DNA from: an uncultured delta proteobacterium
GTDB taxonomy: Bacteria; Myxococcota_A; Polyangia; Fen-1088
NCBI GenBank assembly: GCA_963737265.1
Contig: CAVTRY010000011.1
Location: 992,001-1,056,000 of the forward strand
DNA length: 64,000 nucleotides
Direction: 5' to 3'
Positions 41,055 through 51,957 of the stretch are shown piece after piece (the stretch's first letter is position 1; each line of letters opens with the position of its first letter). The translations under genes and the position numbers were made by a program. Below the pieces are notes generated by a model, which searched no databases, was not told the origin of the DNA, and worked only from the letters and a program-made list of their open reading frames with translations.

Positions 41055-41585
41055 TCATCGCATCTCCACTCGGCTATCATCTAAGGTGAACTTCAGTATC
41101 GATGCCGCCAGCGCCGCCGGGGTCGTCCCGTGACAGTGCTGGGAATCTGGGGCCGGAAGCTTCCTGACAGCTCGCCACGACGGCCCGAGCGGGCGGCGAA
41201 AGAACGCCACGACCGCCAGGCTGGTCGCGCCCTCGCCACGCACCATGGCCGGCGAGGCTTTCTCACCTGGGTAGAGAGTAATCTCTTGCGCCGACACGAA
41301 GTCCTCGCCTAAGACAGCCCGGTCGCCGTCGAGGATTCGATCCAGTGTGGACTCGATCAGCTTGCCGGTATCCTTGAGCTGATAGAGGCGCACCGTGGTG
41401 GCGAGGGATTCGCCATTTTCACCGGGGTTCAAGTGTTGGGAGGCGGTCAAGGTCACACGCAGCGGCTCCGGCGTCGTGCATGGCGAAGGCGGCGGCGGCG
41501 GCGGTGGCGGTGGCGCGTGCCCGCAAGAAGCCAAAATCGCGACCGCGCTGGCCAACACGGCGGACTTCAAACAGTTTTTGGTCAT
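41055..41585 (-). CDS. tssJ: T6SS lipoprotein TssJ
   Basis: Lipobox LASC, LNPGENG, VRLYQLKD, VVAFFRRP. Confidence 0.9.
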   Translation of the reverse strand: MTKNCLKSAVLASAVAILASCGHAPPPPPPPPPSPCTTPEPLRVTLTASQHLNPGENGESLATTVRLYQLKDTGKLIESTLDRILDGDRAVLGEDFVSAQEITLYPGEKASPAMVRGEGATSLAVVAFFRRPLGPSWRAVRKLPAPDSQHCHGTTPAALAASILKFTLDDSRVEMR

Positions 41586-41655
41586 GGTCGGAAGGCTTGC
41601 AGCTTGCCAGCATCACGTGTCACACGCAACAACAGAGCGGAACCCGGTGTCATGG

Positions 41656-41837
41656 GGCTTCAGGGCGTCGGGCTCCAGGCGTCGGGCTTCAGGCTTCAGG
41701 CTAAGTGCAGACTCGTGAGTCGAGATCCAGCAAAGCTCAAGGTCGTCGTGATCGCCGCTCTCGACCAGACAACCTGCAGCCTGAAGCCTGCAGCCTGCAG
41801 CCTGAAGCCTTGGGTTAGCTAGCCTGAAGCCTTGGGC
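41656..41837. repeat. Two blocks of 7-bp tandem repeats in inverted orientation
   Basis: GGCTTCA/GGCGTCG/GGCTCCA units at 41656-41705 and AGCCTGA/AGCCTGC units at 41771-41834, between divergent tssJ and sbp. Confidence 0.7.
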
Positions 41838-41933
41838 CGGCAGCAATCGGCGAGAGGCCGATCGATCTTGACAACCTCCGTTACGTGAGACATGTGTCTA
41901 TCTATACAGACGTCACCAAGGATGACTCCTCCA

Positions 41934-42956
41934 ATGATCACAAAACCGACCACAAGATCGACACTGGCTTTGTTTGTCCTGTCCGCCCTGCTCTGGGAGG
42001 CGCCGGCCACCGCGAAAGACATCACGCTTCTCAACGTTTCCTACGACCCCACCCGCGAGCTGTACCACGATTTCAACGCCGCGTTCGCAAAGTTCTGGAA
42101 GGGCAAGACTGGCGATGACGTGAAGGTGAATCAGTCGCACGGCGGCTCCGGCAAGCAGGCCCGCGCTGTCATCGACGGCCTCGATGCCGACGTGGTAACT
42201 CTGGCGCTGGCCTACGACATCGATGCCATTGCCGAAAACGGCGGCAAGTTGCCCAAGGACTGGCAGAAGAAGCTGCCGAACAACGCCTCGCCTTACACGT
42301 CCACCATCGTATTCGTCGTGCGCAAGGGCAACGCCAAGGGCATCAAGACCTGGGACGACCTGACCCGCCCCGATGTGAAGGTCATTACGCCCAACCCCAA
42401 GACCTCGGGCGGCGCACGCTGGAACTATCTGGCCGCCTGGGGATATGCCGCCCAAAAGTTCGGTGGAGACGAGTCCAAGATTCGAGACTTCGTGTCCAGA
42501 CTTTACAAAAACGTGCCGGTGCTCGACTCTGGCGCGCGCGGCTCGACCACGACCTTCGCCCAGCGCGGTCTAGGCGACGTTCTCATCGCCTGGGAAAACG
42601 AGGCATTTCTGCTCGTCGACGAGCTCGGCAAGGACAAGTTCGAGATCGTCGCGCCCGCCATCAGCATACTGGCCGAGCCTCCGGTGGCCGTGGTCGAGAC
42701 GAACGCGGCCAAGCACGGCACCGGCGACGTGGCGCGCGCCTATCTCGAATACCTCTATTCGGACGAGGGCCAAGAGGTCGCGACTCGCAATCACTACCGA
42801 CCGCGCAACGCCGCTGTGGCCGCCAAATACGCCAAGGGCTTCCCGACGATTCAGCTCTTTACAGTCGACGAAAAATTTGGCGGGTGGCAGAAGGCACAGA
42901 AGACCCACTTCGCCGACAACGGCACGTTTGACCAGCTCTATTCGGCCGGGAAGTAG
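41934..42956 (+). CDS. sbp: Sulfate ABC transporter substrate-binding protein
   Basis: [38 protein letters not shown]. Confidence 0.95.
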   Translation: MITKPTTRSTLALFVLSALLWEAPATAKDITLLNVSYDPTRELYHDFNAAFAKFWKGKTGDDVKVNQSHGGSGKQARAVIDGLDADVVTLALAYDIDAIAENGGKLPKDWQKKLPNNASPYTSTIVFVVRKGNAKGIKTWDDLTRPDVKVITPNPKTSGGARWNYLAAWGYAAQKFGGDESKIRDFVSRLYKNVPVLDSGARGSTTTFAQRGLGDVLIAWENEAFLLVDELGKDKFEIVAPAISILAEPPVAVVETNAAKHGTGDVARAYLEYLYSDEGQEVATRNHYRPRNAAVAAKYAKGFPTIQLFTVDEKFGGWQKAQKTHFADNGTFDQLYSAGK

Positions 42957-43802
42957 ATGGCGAAGACCAGACGCACCTGGGCTGCGGGGGCGCTGCCGGG
43001 CTTCCGGATTACCTTGGGCTTCACCCTGCTCTACCTCAGCATCATGGTCATCCTGCCGTTGGCGGCTCTCATTCTGAAGACCACCGGCCTGACGTGGTCC
43101 GAATTCTGGGCCACCGTCGCGTCGTCGCGAGCGATCGCGGCGTACAAGCTCAGCTTTGGCGGCGCCTTCCTCGCCGCCGGAATCAACGCCGTGGCCGGCT
43201 TGCTCCTGTCGTGGGTGCTCGTCCGCTATCGGTTTTTCGGTCGCGACATCGTCGACGCGATCATCGATCTTCCGCTTGCCCTGCCCACGGCCGTGGCCGG
43301 TATCGCGCTCACCGCCGTGTACGCCCCGAACGGCGCCGTGGGGGCGTTTCTCGAACGGCACGGAATTACGGTCGCGTTTTCCTATCCGGGCGTGGTCTTG
43401 GCCATGGTCTTCGTCGGCCTGCCCTTTGCCGTGCGTTCGGTGCAGCCCGTGTTGATGGAGCTGGATCCACAGATCGAAGAGGCCGCCGCCGTGCTCGGCG
43501 CGTCGCGTTTGCGCACCTTCCTGCGCGTGATTTTTCCCCTGCTCACCCCGTCGGTGATCACGGGTTTCACCCTGGCCTTTGCCCGCGCCGTCGGCGAATA
43601 CGGTTCGATCGTCTTCATCTCGGGCAACATGCCCGGCAAGACCGAAATCGTGCCTCTTCTCATCGTGACCAAGCTCGAACAATTCCAATACCGTGAAGCC
43701 ACCGCGCTGGCGGTGGTCATGTTGGCGGGTTCGCTGCTGACCTTGCTGGCCGTGAATTTCCTGCAATCTTGGAATCGCAAGTGGGCAGCGAATGATTTCT
43801 GA
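42957..43802 (+). CDS. cysT: Sulfate ABC transporter permease CysT
   Basis: LPGF...DLPLALPTAVAGI, GEYGSIVFISGN. Confidence 0.93.
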   Translation: MAKTRRTWAAGALPGFRITLGFTLLYLSIMVILPLAALILKTTGLTWSEFWATVASSRAIAAYKLSFGGAFLAAGINAVAGLLLSWVLVRYRFFGRDIVDAIIDLPLALPTAVAGIALTAVYAPNGAVGAFLERHGITVAFSYPGVVLAMVFVGLPFAVRSVQPVLMELDPQIEEAAAVLGASRLRTFLRVIFPLLTPSVITGFTLAFARAVGEYGSIVFISGNMPGKTEIVPLLIVTKLEQFQYREATALAVVMLAGSLLTLLAVNFLQSWNRKWAANDF

Positions 43803-44664
43803 CACTACCGCAATCCCTGCGCGTCGGGCCGACGTCAGCGCTCGTTCCGAGTCGCTTCCCGTCCGGCTCGTCCTTCTGGGCTTGGCATTTTCCTTCTTGA
43901 CCTTCGTCGTGATCTTGCCGCTAATCGCCGTTTTCACGCAGGCTTTCGCCAATGGCCTGCGTGGCTATTTCGCCGCCTTAGCGCAGCCAGAGACCGCCGC
44001 GGCCATCAAGCTGACCCTTCTCACGGCGGCGATCGCGGTTCCCCTCAACACCGTGTTTGGCGTGACCGCCGCATGGCTGATCGCCAAATATCGCTTCCCG
44101 GGTCGCAACATCCTCGTCACCCTCATCGACCTGCCGTTCACGGTTTCGCCGGTCATTTCGGGCCTCGTGTTTGTCCTGCTTTTCGGCACCCGCGGCATCT
44201 TCGGCACCTGGCTCGGCGCACACGACATCAAGATCGTTTTCGCCACGCCCGGCATCGTGCTCGCCACCATCTTCGTGACCTTTCCCTTCGTGGCGCGCGA
44301 GGTTTTACCGGCCTTGCAGGCGGCCGGAAACTCGTCGGAAGAGGCCGCGCTCACCCTCGGATCGGGCAGCCTGCGTATTCTGTTCAGGGTGACTCTTCCC
44401 AAGATCAAGTGGGCACTGATCTACGCAGTCATCCTGTGCAACGCCCGCGCCATGGGCGAATTCGGAGCCGTTTCGGTCGTATCCGGCCGCATCCGCGGCG
44501 TGACCAACACCGTGCCGTTGCAGGTCGAGATCCTTTACAACGAATACGACTTCGTCGGCGCCTTCGCCGTGGCTTCGCTGCTTACCGTGCTAGCGCTTGC
44601 CACCTTGGTCATCAAGAAAATCGTCGAGCGCCGTCGGACGAGACTCGGCGTGGGAGCAGCCTGA
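43792..44664 (+). CDS. cysW: Sulfate ABC transporter permease CysW
   Basis: DLPFTVSPVISG, LCNARAMGEFGAVSVVSG. Confidence 0.93.
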   Translation: MISDTTAIPARRADVSARSESLPVRLVLLGLAFSFLTFVVILPLIAVFTQAFANGLRGYFAALAQPETAAAIKLTLLTAAIAVPLNTVFGVTAAWLIAKYRFPGRNILVTLIDLPFTVSPVISGLVFVLLFGTRGIFGTWLGAHDIKIVFATPGIVLATIFVTFPFVAREVLPALQAAGNSSEEAALTLGSGSLRILFRVTLPKIKWALIYAVILCNARAMGEFGAVSVVSGRIRGVTNTVPLQVEILYNEYDFVGAFAVASLLTVLALATLVIKKIVERRRTRLGVGAA

Positions 44665-45740
44665 TGAATGTCCGTGTCGATCGGTTGACCAAACGTTTCG
44701 TGGCGGAGGGCGCGCCGGCCGTGCGCGGCGCCAGCTTCGAGGCACCGGCGGGCAGGATCACCACCCTGCTCGGACCGTCGGGCTCGGGCAAGACCACCAT
44801 CCTGCGCATCATCGCGGGGCTGGAATCCGCGGACGAGGGCAAAGTCGTTGTGGGCGAAGAGGACATCACGCAGATCCCCGTGCGCAAGCGCGGTTTTGGC
44901 TTCGTGTTTCAGAACTTCGCCCTCTTCGCCCACATGACGATCCGAGAAAACATCGCCTTCGGGTTGCGCGTGCGCCATGCCGCCAAGGCCGACATCCAAT
45001 CGCGCGTGGAAGAGCTTCTTGGTTTGGTGCAGCTGGAAGGTTACGGCGACCGCTATCCGTCGCAGCTTTCCGGCGGCCAGCGCCAGCGGGTGGGATTTGC
45101 GCGGGCCTTAGCTCCGCGCCCGAAGCTCCTGCTGCTCGATGAACCCTTCGGCGCCCTCGACGCCCGTGTGCGCGTCGAGCTGCGCGAATGGCTGCGCCGA
45201 CTGCACGAGCTGACCCACCTGACGACCCTCATGGTCACCCACGACCAAGAAGAAGCGCTGGATCTGTCGGATCGCCTGGTGGTGATGGATCAGGGAAAGG
45301 TTCATCAGGTGGGAACGCCGAAGGAGGTCTACGAGTCTCCGGCGTCGTCCTTCGTTGCATCCTTCGTTGGTTCCGCCAATGTTTTGCATGGACACGTCCT
45401 CGAAGGCCGCGCCCAGATCGCGGCCACGTCCCTTGACGTCCCCCTCAACACCACCGACGGTGCCCAGGTACGTGCCATCGTGCGCCCCCACGACGTCCGC
45501 ATCGAGCGTCCGACGACGGAAACGTCGGACTCGCCGGAGCCCCATCGGGCGAGCGGCCGCATCCGCCGCATCGTCGACCTCGGTACCCACGTCAAATTGG
45601 ATCTCGGCCTCACCACTCAGGAAATTGTCACGGTTCATGTCTCGCGCAAGGAATTCGGGATCCTCGCTCTCAAGGAGGGCGAATCGGTCCTCGTGGACCT
45701 GGACAGCGCCCGCGTGTTCGTCGAAGACTACGCCATCTGA
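44664..45740 (+). CDS. cysA: Sulfate ABC transporter ATPase CysA
   Basis: GPSGSGKTT, LSGGQRQR, LLLDEPFGALDA; C-terminal TOBE-like region. Confidence 0.93.
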   Translation: MNVRVDRLTKRFVAEGAPAVRGASFEAPAGRITTLLGPSGSGKTTILRIIAGLESADEGKVVVGEEDITQIPVRKRGFGFVFQNFALFAHMTIRENIAFGLRVRHAAKADIQSRVEELLGLVQLEGYGDRYPSQLSGGQRQRVGFARALAPRPKLLLLDEPFGALDARVRVELREWLRRLHELTHLTTLMVTHDQEEALDLSDRLVVMDQGKVHQVGTPKEVYESPASSFVASFVGSANVLHGHVLEGRAQIAATSLDVPLNTTDGAQVRAIVRPHDVRIERPTTETSDSPEPHRASGRIRRIVDLGTHVKLDLGLTTQEIVTVHVSRKEFGILALKEGESVLVDLDSARVFVEDYAI

Positions 45741-45871
45741 TGATCTGCTACGTCCGATATTCTTCGCGTGGCTCCGCTCTCTATAGCCTGTAGCCTGCGG
45801 CCGAAGGCCGCGCCATAAGCGTTTCGGACCTTGTTCCTTGGCCCACGAACGGGTTACCTTGGTCCCCCTCG

Positions 45872-48331
45872 ATGAGTCCTTCGCAAGAGTCCTGGTCCGC
45901 CCGTTATTGCCGTTTCGTTTCACGCCGCGCGGGCACGATTCTCGTCGCGATTGCACTGCTGTTCGCCGGATCGGGCTTTCTCGCCTCGAAGCTGGCGCTC
46001 AAGACTGCCCTGTCCGAGCTGCTCCCCAGCGACGACCCGGGTGTGGTCACGCTCGAGAAGACGCAGAAGCGCATGGGGGACATGTCGCTCTTGCTCATTG
46101 GCATTCGGTCGCCCGATCGCGAGGCGAATCTTCGCTACGCCGAAATGCTGACCCAGAAGATGCAGCAGCTGCCAAAGAACGTCGTGGCGATGGCCACATA
46201 CCATATTCGCGACCTCAAAAGCTTCTTCGAGCGCAATAAGTGGCTCTACATCGCCGAGGACGATCTCGTCGCGATTCGCGACCGGCTGCGCACGGAAATC
46301 ACGAAGCGCAAGAACCCACTGCTCGTCGATCTGTCGGACGACGACCAGGAGTCGGTCGATGCCATGCGCGACCGGCTGACCAAGCAGGACCATCTCGGCG
46401 GGCGTTTTCCCGACGGCGTCTTCAGCAACGAGAACGGCAGCTATGTCTGGATTGCCGCGCTCCCACCCGGTGGCATTTTCGGCGAGCACGGTGGCGAAGA
46501 AATCTACCGGGCGGCCCACCGCCTGGTGATCGAGAACGATCCGCACGCCTTCCACCCGCAGATGACCGCCTACGTGGGTGGCCCCATCGCCACTGGGATC
46601 GCCAGTCGGCAGGCAGTGGAACGGGACATCCTGTGGGTCACGGTCACCTGTCTCGTCATCGTCGCGATCTCCATCGGCGTCTACTTTCGGCGCTTGCGTT
46701 CCCTGCCGCTTGTGGCTACGTCCGGCGTGATCGGCACCGTGATGGCGTTCGCGGTGGCCGAGCTGGCCTTCGGCTACGTCAATTCGTCGACCGCGTTCCT
46801 GGGCTCCATCATTCTCGGCAACGGGATCAACTACGCCATCATCCTCATGTCGCGCTACGAGGAGTACCGCGCATCGGGCGACGCAAGCTACGTCGCCATG
46901 GAGCGCGCGATTGGCGGCGTCACGCGCGGAACGGGCGTGGCGGCGATCTGCGCGTCGGCAGCCTACGCGACCCTGATGCTGACCAAGTTTCGCGGCTTCT
47001 ACCAGTTCGGCGTTATGGCTGCGTTCGGCGTCTTGTTCTGCTGGGCGCTTACCTTCACCGCTCTTCCCGCCATCTTGTTCATCATGGACCGGCGGGTTCG
47101 GGGCAAGAGCCCATCAACACGTGCCCCGCTCAACCTGGCCCCGCTCGGGCGGCTGCTGGGCAAGAGCCCTGGAGCCATCGCCATCGTGGCGGCCGCCCTG
47201 ACAGTGTTCTGCAGCGTCAGCTTGCTCCATTTCGCTGGCGCTCCCTTCGAGTACGACTTTCGCAAGCTCAACGCCGATCTGCAAAGCACCGACGACGCCA
47301 AGCAATTCAATCGCAGCCTGGACAAGCTGTTTGGCCGCTGGCCGTCGCCCACCATCGTGCTCGCCGATCGCCTCGAAGAGGTAGAACCGATCCGAAACGC
47401 CATCTGGCGGCAAAACCACGCCGATCCCGTCATCGGCAACGTCGTCACCATCAACGACGTGCTGCCAGGAAGCACGGACGTGCAGAACCGAAAGATTGGG
47501 CTCCTCGCCGAGATTCGCAAGCTCGCCCACGATCCAGCGGTTGAGGCCCTAGACGAAAAGAAGCGCAAGCAGATCGCCGATCTCGACGTCCCGGAAAGCT
47601 TGCGCGTCCTTCTACCTACGGATGTACCAGGCCTGGCACGCCGGCCCTTCACCGAGGCGGACGGAACCATCGGTCGGGTTCTCCTCGTCTATCCCACCGA
47701 GGAACATCTTTCGGTCTACAACGGTAAGGACCTTCTGCGCATCGCCAACGTCCTGCAGTACCTGCACATCCCCGAAGAGAACAAGACCATCGAGACCTCG
47801 GGAAGCGCGGTGGTCTTCGCCGCGATGATTCGCTCCATCGTGCATGACGCTCCTCGGGCAACGGTGGCATCGCTGCTGGTTGTCGTCCTCTTTTCTTACC
47901 TGATTATGCGTCCCCGTTCGGCCGCCCTTGGCGCCATTGCAACCCTCCTGGTCGGCGTGACTTGGATGGTGGGGATTGCTGGCGCCGCCGAAGTGAAGAT
48001 TACGTTTATCAATTTCATCGCCTTGCCCATCACCTTTGGCATTGGCGCCGAGTACGGGCTGAACGTGGCCCAGCGCTATCGCGACGATCGAGACATGATC
48101 CGCGCCGTCGTCTCCACCGGTGGCGCTGTGGCGCTGTGCTCATGGACCACCATCGTCGGCTACGGCTCGCTGCTGGCGGCGTCCAGTCGAGCCCTCAAGG
48201 GATTCGGAATGATGGCCATTCTCGGGGAAATTTCCTGTCTCGCCGCCGCCCTGCTTGCGCTGCCTGCCTTCATCCTTTGGCAAGAACGCCGACGTCGGCT
48301 GGCCAAGTCAGCGCCGACCGACGCTGCGTAG
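45872..48331 (+). CDS. MMPL/RND family exporter
   Basis: Two repeats of TM, large loop, TM bundle; GNGINYAII and GIGAEYG motifs. Confidence 0.85.
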   Translation: MSPSQESWSARYCRFVSRRAGTILVAIALLFAGSGFLASKLALKTALSELLPSDDPGVVTLEKTQKRMGDMSLLLIGIRSPDREANLRYAEMLTQKMQQLPKNVVAMATYHIRDLKSFFERNKWLYIAEDDLVAIRDRLRTEITKRKNPLLVDLSDDDQESVDAMRDRLTKQDHLGGRFPDGVFSNENGSYVWIAALPPGGIFGEHGGEEIYRAAHRLVIENDPHAFHPQMTAYVGGPIATGIASRQAVERDILWVTVTCLVIVAISIGVYFRRLRSLPLVATSGVIGTVMAFAVAELAFGYVNSSTAFLGSIILGNGINYAIILMSRYEEYRASGDASYVAMERAIGGVTRGTGVAAICASAAYATLMLTKFRGFYQFGVMAAFGVLFCWALTFTALPAILFIMDRRVRGKSPSTRAPLNLAPLGRLLGKSPGAIAIVAAALTVFCSVSLLHFAGAPFEYDFRKLNADLQSTDDAKQFNRSLDKLFGRWPSPTIVLADRLEEVEPIRNAIWRQNHADPVIGNVVTINDVLPGSTDVQNRKIGLLAEIRKLAHDPAVEALDEKKRKQIADLDVPESLRVLLPTDVPGLARRPFTEADGTIGRVLLVYPTEEHLSVYNGKDLLRIANVLQYLHIPEENKTIETSGSAVVFAAMIRSIVHDAPRATVASLLVVVLFSYLIMRPRSAALGAIATLLVGVTWMVGIAGAAEVKITFINFIALPITFGIGAEYGLNVAQRYRDDRDMIRAVVSTGGAVALCSWTTIVGYGSLLAASSRALKGFGMMAILGEISCLAAALLALPAFILWQERRRRLAKSAPTDAA

Positions 48332-48341
48332 ATTTGTCGTT

Positions 48342-50108
48342 GTGGCACCCATCCCAGTCGCCCAATCGTCGCAGCCGCCGGCAAGGCACAAGGCCGGCGC
48401 CAGACTAATCCCGGGTGCCTGGTGGTGGTCGGCGCTGGCTACCAACGCGGGAGGCCTGGCCCTGGTACTGGCGTTTCGCGCACTCTACCTCGTTCGCTTC
48501 GGCGGCGATCCGTGCGGGATGAACATCAACTTTCTCCTTGAAGCAAAGGCTGCGCGCTTTGGCTACGAGGTCGAGCTGCGCATGCCGCTCGTGCGACTGC
48601 TGCTGGCGGCGATGCGGAACGCGGGAGCCAGCTCGGCCGTCGCCCTGGGCACCATTTACCTGACCGCCCACGCGCTGCTGGCACTCGGCATCTTCTCGCT
48701 CGCGCGCACCGCCCTCGGCGTCAGGCCAAGAATTCAGGCCAGCGTGGCGATAGCGGTCGCGGTTCTGCCCGCGCTGGCGACCGACTCTGGATACCGAAAC
48801 ATCTCGTGCACCCTGGCTGCGGCCCTCTTTGCCGCACTCGCGGCGCTTCTCGTCGATGGCCGTGTCCGCTTTGCCCGCATGGCAGCGGCATTCGTTCTCG
48901 CGGTTGGCGCCGCAAGCTGCCGCCCCGAATCGGCTCTTTGCGTGGCCGGCTTGGCCTGCGCCCTTGCCCTGCTGGGTGATCGAATCGGTGCCGGTCGCGC
49001 CGGGGCAGCGGTCGCGGGCGCGGGTTTCGTGACCGCTCTCGCGCTTGCATCAAGCAACGCATTCGGCACCGCGCACGGGCCTTCAGCACGGATGTGGGGA
49101 TCATACTCGTTTTATGCCTTCTACAATGCGAGCCCCTATCTGCTGCGGCTCGCGTCGTACCTGCGCCATCCCGGCTCGACCGCAACGGAGTACCTGCGGT
49201 ACCTGGAGACGGTTCGCCTCTTCGGCGGATTCGAGGAGAACGGCGGCAGCCTTCTACATGCACTGCTACATCACCCTGGAAAAGCCGCGATCTGGTTCGC
49301 GGCCAAGCCTGTCGATCTGTTGATTACGATTGTGCTGCGCGATTCGTTTACGTTGCTCGTCGTACCGATGTTCTTGCTAGCCGCGCGCCGCGCTTACCGG
49401 GAGGGCTGGCGAAACGCATCGGCTCGGTGGATGCCCATGCTGGGAGCTTTCGCTGCGCCGCTGGCCTACGCCGTTGTCTGGTCGCAGGGCGGACACGCAC
49501 CCTACCTTTTGTTCGTTGCGCCCTTACTTCTGCTTGCAGCGCTGTGGGGAATCGAGCCCTGGATCGAGAGCGCGCCGGCAGTCTACCTGCGACTCCTCGC
49601 CACGGCGACGATCGCCATCGCTGCTCTATTCGTGGCGCTCGCCGGCCACCACAGCCCCGCAACGTCGCCACCCTTGACAGAGGCCGCGCACTGGCTCGAA
49701 GCACGCTGTGGTGGCAGCGGCTGCCTGGTCAACGCGCTGCCAGAGGTGCTCGACGCGCAGTCCTGGGCCAATTTGCAGGCCGGCGCGCCCCTGCCTGCCA
49801 AGGACAAGCGCGCCGAGTGGTTCGTTCTTCGGCACTACCCTGCGTCTTACGTCGAGCAAGTGCGCTGGTCCCAGCGTCTCGCCAGCGCTCGTGCGCGCGG
49901 CTGGCGTGGACCTACCTTCTACGTTCGGCCCAAGACGCGGTCGGTGCAAAGTTTCAACGACGACTTCGATCCCGAACACCGCCTCGAGGGCGTGCCCAAT
50001 CTCACCGGCATGACCCGAGCCGTGACCCTCCGGGACGATGCGGATCTGGTCGAGATATTCGACGTATCGGCAACGCCACGCGAGGTGCACCGATCTTTCG
50101 GGTTTTAG
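48342..50108 (+). CDS. Polytopic membrane protein, possibly GT-C-fold (start uncertain)
   Basis: Many hydrophobic helices, RPE motif and a soluble C-terminal domain; within the glycan locus. Confidence 0.55.
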   Translation: MAPIPVAQSSQPPARHKAGARLIPGAWWWSALATNAGGLALVLAFRALYLVRFGGDPCGMNINFLLEAKAARFGYEVELRMPLVRLLLAAMRNAGASSAVALGTIYLTAHALLALGIFSLARTALGVRPRIQASVAIAVAVLPALATDSGYRNISCTLAAALFAALAALLVDGRVRFARMAAAFVLAVGAASCRPESALCVAGLACALALLGDRIGAGRAGAAVAGAGFVTALALASSNAFGTAHGPSARMWGSYSFYAFYNASPYLLRLASYLRHPGSTATEYLRYLETVRLFGGFEENGGSLLHALLHHPGKAAIWFAAKPVDLLITIVLRDSFTLLVVPMFLLAARRAYREGWRNASARWMPMLGAFAAPLAYAVVWSQGGHAPYLLFVAPLLLLAALWGIEPWIESAPAVYLRLLATATIAIAALFVALAGHHSPATSPPLTEAAHWLEARCGGSGCLVNALPEVLDAQSWANLQAGAPLPAKDKRAEWFVLRHYPASYVEQVRWSQRLASARARGWRGPTFYVRPKTRSVQSFNDDFDPEHRLEGVPNLTGMTRAVTLRDDADLVEIFDVSATPREVHRSFGF

Positions 50109-50117
50109 ATTGCTGGT

Positions 50118-51806
50118 CTAGCCAATCCTCGACCTGATCCGCGACGCGCACCCCGACACCCGACGCAGCGCCTTGCGAATCAGGTCGCGTTCCTCACCGC
50201 CCAGACCGAGTGCCAGCATGACGAGCACATAGCCGGCCGAAACGACGATGGCCCGGAAGACGAAAAGCCAGAGCGATGGCAGCCCCGCCGCGCCGAGGCC
50301 AAATTCCGCTAGGACAAGCACGACGGCGCCGGCCGAGAGCGCCTTCCAGAACCCGCGCGAAAAAGGGTGCACGCGATAGAGCACGGCGACCTCGACGACC
50401 TGCAGGGTCTGCATGAGAGTCACGGATGAAGCTGATGAAAGTGCGGCGCCGAGCACGCCGAGGCGTGGAATGAGTAGACAGCAAAGCACTATGTTGACGG
50501 TGGCCGAGACGAGGTTGTTGACGAGAACCATGCGCGAGTGCCCACCCATGACCACGACCCAGCCGGTGAGCCCCAGTGCGCCGTTGACGAGATGGCCGAG
50601 GAGCAACACCACCAGCACGTTGCCCGCCGCGAGAAAACCCTGGGGGAACAGGCGCAGAAGCTCACCCCGAAACACGATCATCGCCACCAGCAGAGGCACC
50701 GTGATCATCGTCGTCCAGCGGGTCATGAGGCGCAGGTTGTAGCGCAGCCTCGCCATGTCCTTGAGACGCAAGGCTTCGGCCAGCACGGGCGACGCCACCG
50801 GATCGAAGGCGTAGCGAATGTTGGAAGCGACGCGGCTGATGGCCTCGGCGCCAGCGTAGACACCCAGGGTTTCCGGTCCGGCGAGGAAGGCAATAAGGAT
50901 GATATCGGTCCGTTGCAGGACGGAATTCAAGAACTCGGAAATCCCGATCACGACCGAGAAGCGAACCATCTCGCCGTGAAAGAATGGCCTGTGCTCACCG
51001 GCGGGCGCTGCTGCCGGCCATAGCGCCCGACGCAAAGGCATCGCCGCGAACACGCGCCCGGCGGCCCAGAACGCCAGCCCGACGGTCAGTCCCATGGCCA
51101 GCAGATGCGCCAGGCAAAGGCCCCCAAGCGTGGGATAAAAGGCGCCGATCAAGACCGCCAGCAGCAACAACGACAGCGGCTGCGCAATGCCGCGAACGAT
51201 CAGGTTGTAGCGCATCTTCTTTGCGCCCATCGTGGCGGAGATGAGCACGAGGATGAGCGCGGAGCAGGGCAGGCTCGGCGCCAAAAAGCGAATCGCGGTG
51301 CGAACCTCGGGTTTGCCTTGCAGGCTGGCCAACGGCCCGGCGAACACCAACGCGAGCAAGGCCAGCAAGGAGCTGGCCCCAAGGGTGAGCCAAAAGGCAG
51401 TGCGCAGGGATCGCTTTTCCAGATCGGCCTCGCCTGCAACGCGATGAGAGGCGAGGTGGCGAATCACGCCCTTGTCCGTGCCGAGGGGGCTTAGACGCAG
51501 GAGAGGTTCGGCGCTGCTGATACCCCAACGGTAAAGGCCATAAAGCGAGGTACCGAAGAGATGCGCCGCCAGGGGGTGAAAGGTCGCTTCGGACAAGCCA
51601 GCCAGGATGGCCAGGAAGTTCGTGCCCGCGCCCACGCTGGCGTGCCGAACATCCTGCCGTCGATCGGGAGCCGGAGGCTCGACAGGGCCAACCCTGGCGG
51701 GCGTGGCCAGCGCGGACGAGGTCGCCCCTGTCAGCGTGCTTGCGGAGGATCCCCCGGAAACGCCGCCGTCAGGAGCCGTGTTGTCGGTGCGTTCTTCAGC
51801 GGCCAT
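50118..51806 (-). CDS. Wzx-like oligosaccharide flippase (MOP superfamily)
   Basis: Many TM segments; RTDIILI...GVYAGA; LLIPRLGVLGAA. Confidence 0.85.
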   Translation of the reverse strand: MAAEERTDNTAPDGGVSGGSSASTLTGATSSALATPARVGPVEPPAPDRRQDVRHASVGAGTNFLAILAGLSEATFHPLAAHLFGTSLYGLYRWGISSAEPLLRLSPLGTDKGVIRHLASHRVAGEADLEKRSLRTAFWLTLGASSLLALLALVFAGPLASLQGKPEVRTAIRFLAPSLPCSALILVLISATMGAKKMRYNLIVRGIAQPLSLLLLAVLIGAFYPTLGGLCLAHLLAMGLTVGLAFWAAGRVFAAMPLRRALWPAAAPAGEHRPFFHGEMVRFSVVIGISEFLNSVLQRTDIILIAFLAGPETLGVYAGAEAISRVASNIRYAFDPVASPVLAEALRLKDMARLRYNLRLMTRWTTMITVPLLVAMIVFRGELLRLFPQGFLAAGNVLVVLLLGHLVNGALGLTGWVVVMGGHSRMVLVNNLVSATVNIVLCCLLIPRLGVLGAALSSASSVTLMQTLQVVEVAVLYRVHPFSRGFWKALSAGAVVLVLAEFGLGAAGLPSLWLFVFRAIVVSAGYVLVMLALGLGGEERDLIRKALRRVSGCASRIRSRIG

Positions 51807-51957
51807 GGTTCTCTTCTGGACTCACGTTTCAGAGCGACTTTCGCACTATGCCATCATTGGTTTGGAACGGCTCGTGGCCGGGCGGAAGATTTCCGTTCCG
51901 CGGCATCGCTGTCGGGATAGAAGGAATCTGTCTTACACGAATCGGGGAAGAACAAGC

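Noticed and set aside
41656-41837. CRISPR array
   Set aside because: Units are 7 bp with no unique spacers, and there are no cas genes.
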